A stretch of 64,000 bases of DNA. It comes from Chiloscyllium plagiosum (taxonomy: Eukaryota). Where the stretch lies: the NCBI RefSeq assembly GCF_004010195.1, contig NC_057717.1:106329127-106393126 (forward strand), read 5' to 3'. The notes under the pieces are model-generated. The model did no database searches. It was given only the letters and a program-made list of their open reading frames with translations, and was not told the DNA's origin. Position 1 is the stretch's first letter, and each line of letters begins with the position of its first letter. Position numbers and translations under genes: made by a program. This document shows, piece after piece, positions 63,585-64,000 of the stretch.

Positions 63585-64000
63585 TCACTTTGCCGTTACC
63601 TGAGCCACTCATAACCGTGTCCATCTTTATTACCGAGGATTTCTACCGCAGTATTCAATACTGAACGGAACAGACGGATTCTTTACATAGTGGACAATGA
63701 CTGGTTCATGTCCAGGATTTGCTCCGTGTGTGTGTGTTGGGGCAGTTTGAACAGACAGTTGGAATTGCTGCTCCCGGGATGGTACACCGGCAGCAACTCA
63801 GCACCGTCAGGTCTAACAGCACCGGAACAGCAGAAACCACACTGATACAACTGACTGAACTCAACGGAGCCCAGAGCTCTGCGATCTCTGCTCGAGGGAC
63901 GGTGAAGAGAGTCGAGATTCTGGATTAGTGGTGCTGGAAGAGCACAGCAGTTCAGGCAGCATCCGGTCCTCAGCTGTGCTCTTCCAACACCACTAATCTG

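Larger units (their letters stand above)
61035..64000. repeat. Near-identical 1549-bp tandem duplication (61035-62583; 62584 to window end)
   Basis: Duplicate ORFs offset by exactly 1549. The only difference I saw is a small cluster at ~61267-61272 vs ~62816-62821. Confidence 0.92.

Overview
Eukaryotic, repeat-saturated, gapped assembly window. The HE1-type SINEs, esterase-ORF1 CR1 LINEs and Penelope families point to a cartilaginous fish (shark). Most listed ORFs are decayed transposon fragments. The host content is two tandem ICAM/VCAM-family immunoglobulin-superfamily genes on the minus strand. Gene B (53218->~32250) has five phase-1 Ig exons (D2-like to D6-like) plus a TM/cytoplasmic exon. 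It carries an AG->AC acceptor, an in-frame TGA with a GT->AT donor in the same exon, and a lost Ig cysteine. Gene A shows only a leader exon (with an in-frame TAG) and a four-cysteine ICAM-type D1 exon (10458->9608); the rest would lie beyond the left edge. A CpG-rich segment with clustered NF-kB sites and a splice donor (~61.9-62.4 kb) sits in a near-identical 1549-bp tandem duplication at the right edge. Between these lie nested CR1 LINEs, Gypsy LTR remnants, an RTE, a Rex/Babar fragment, a Tigger-like MITE, SINEs, an unclassified hairpin-rich A-tailed repeat, and many short TSD-flanked Penelope-derived insertions carrying minimal hammerhead-ribozyme motifs. Exon boundaries, TSDs and motifs were read by hand; most transposon boundaries are approximate.
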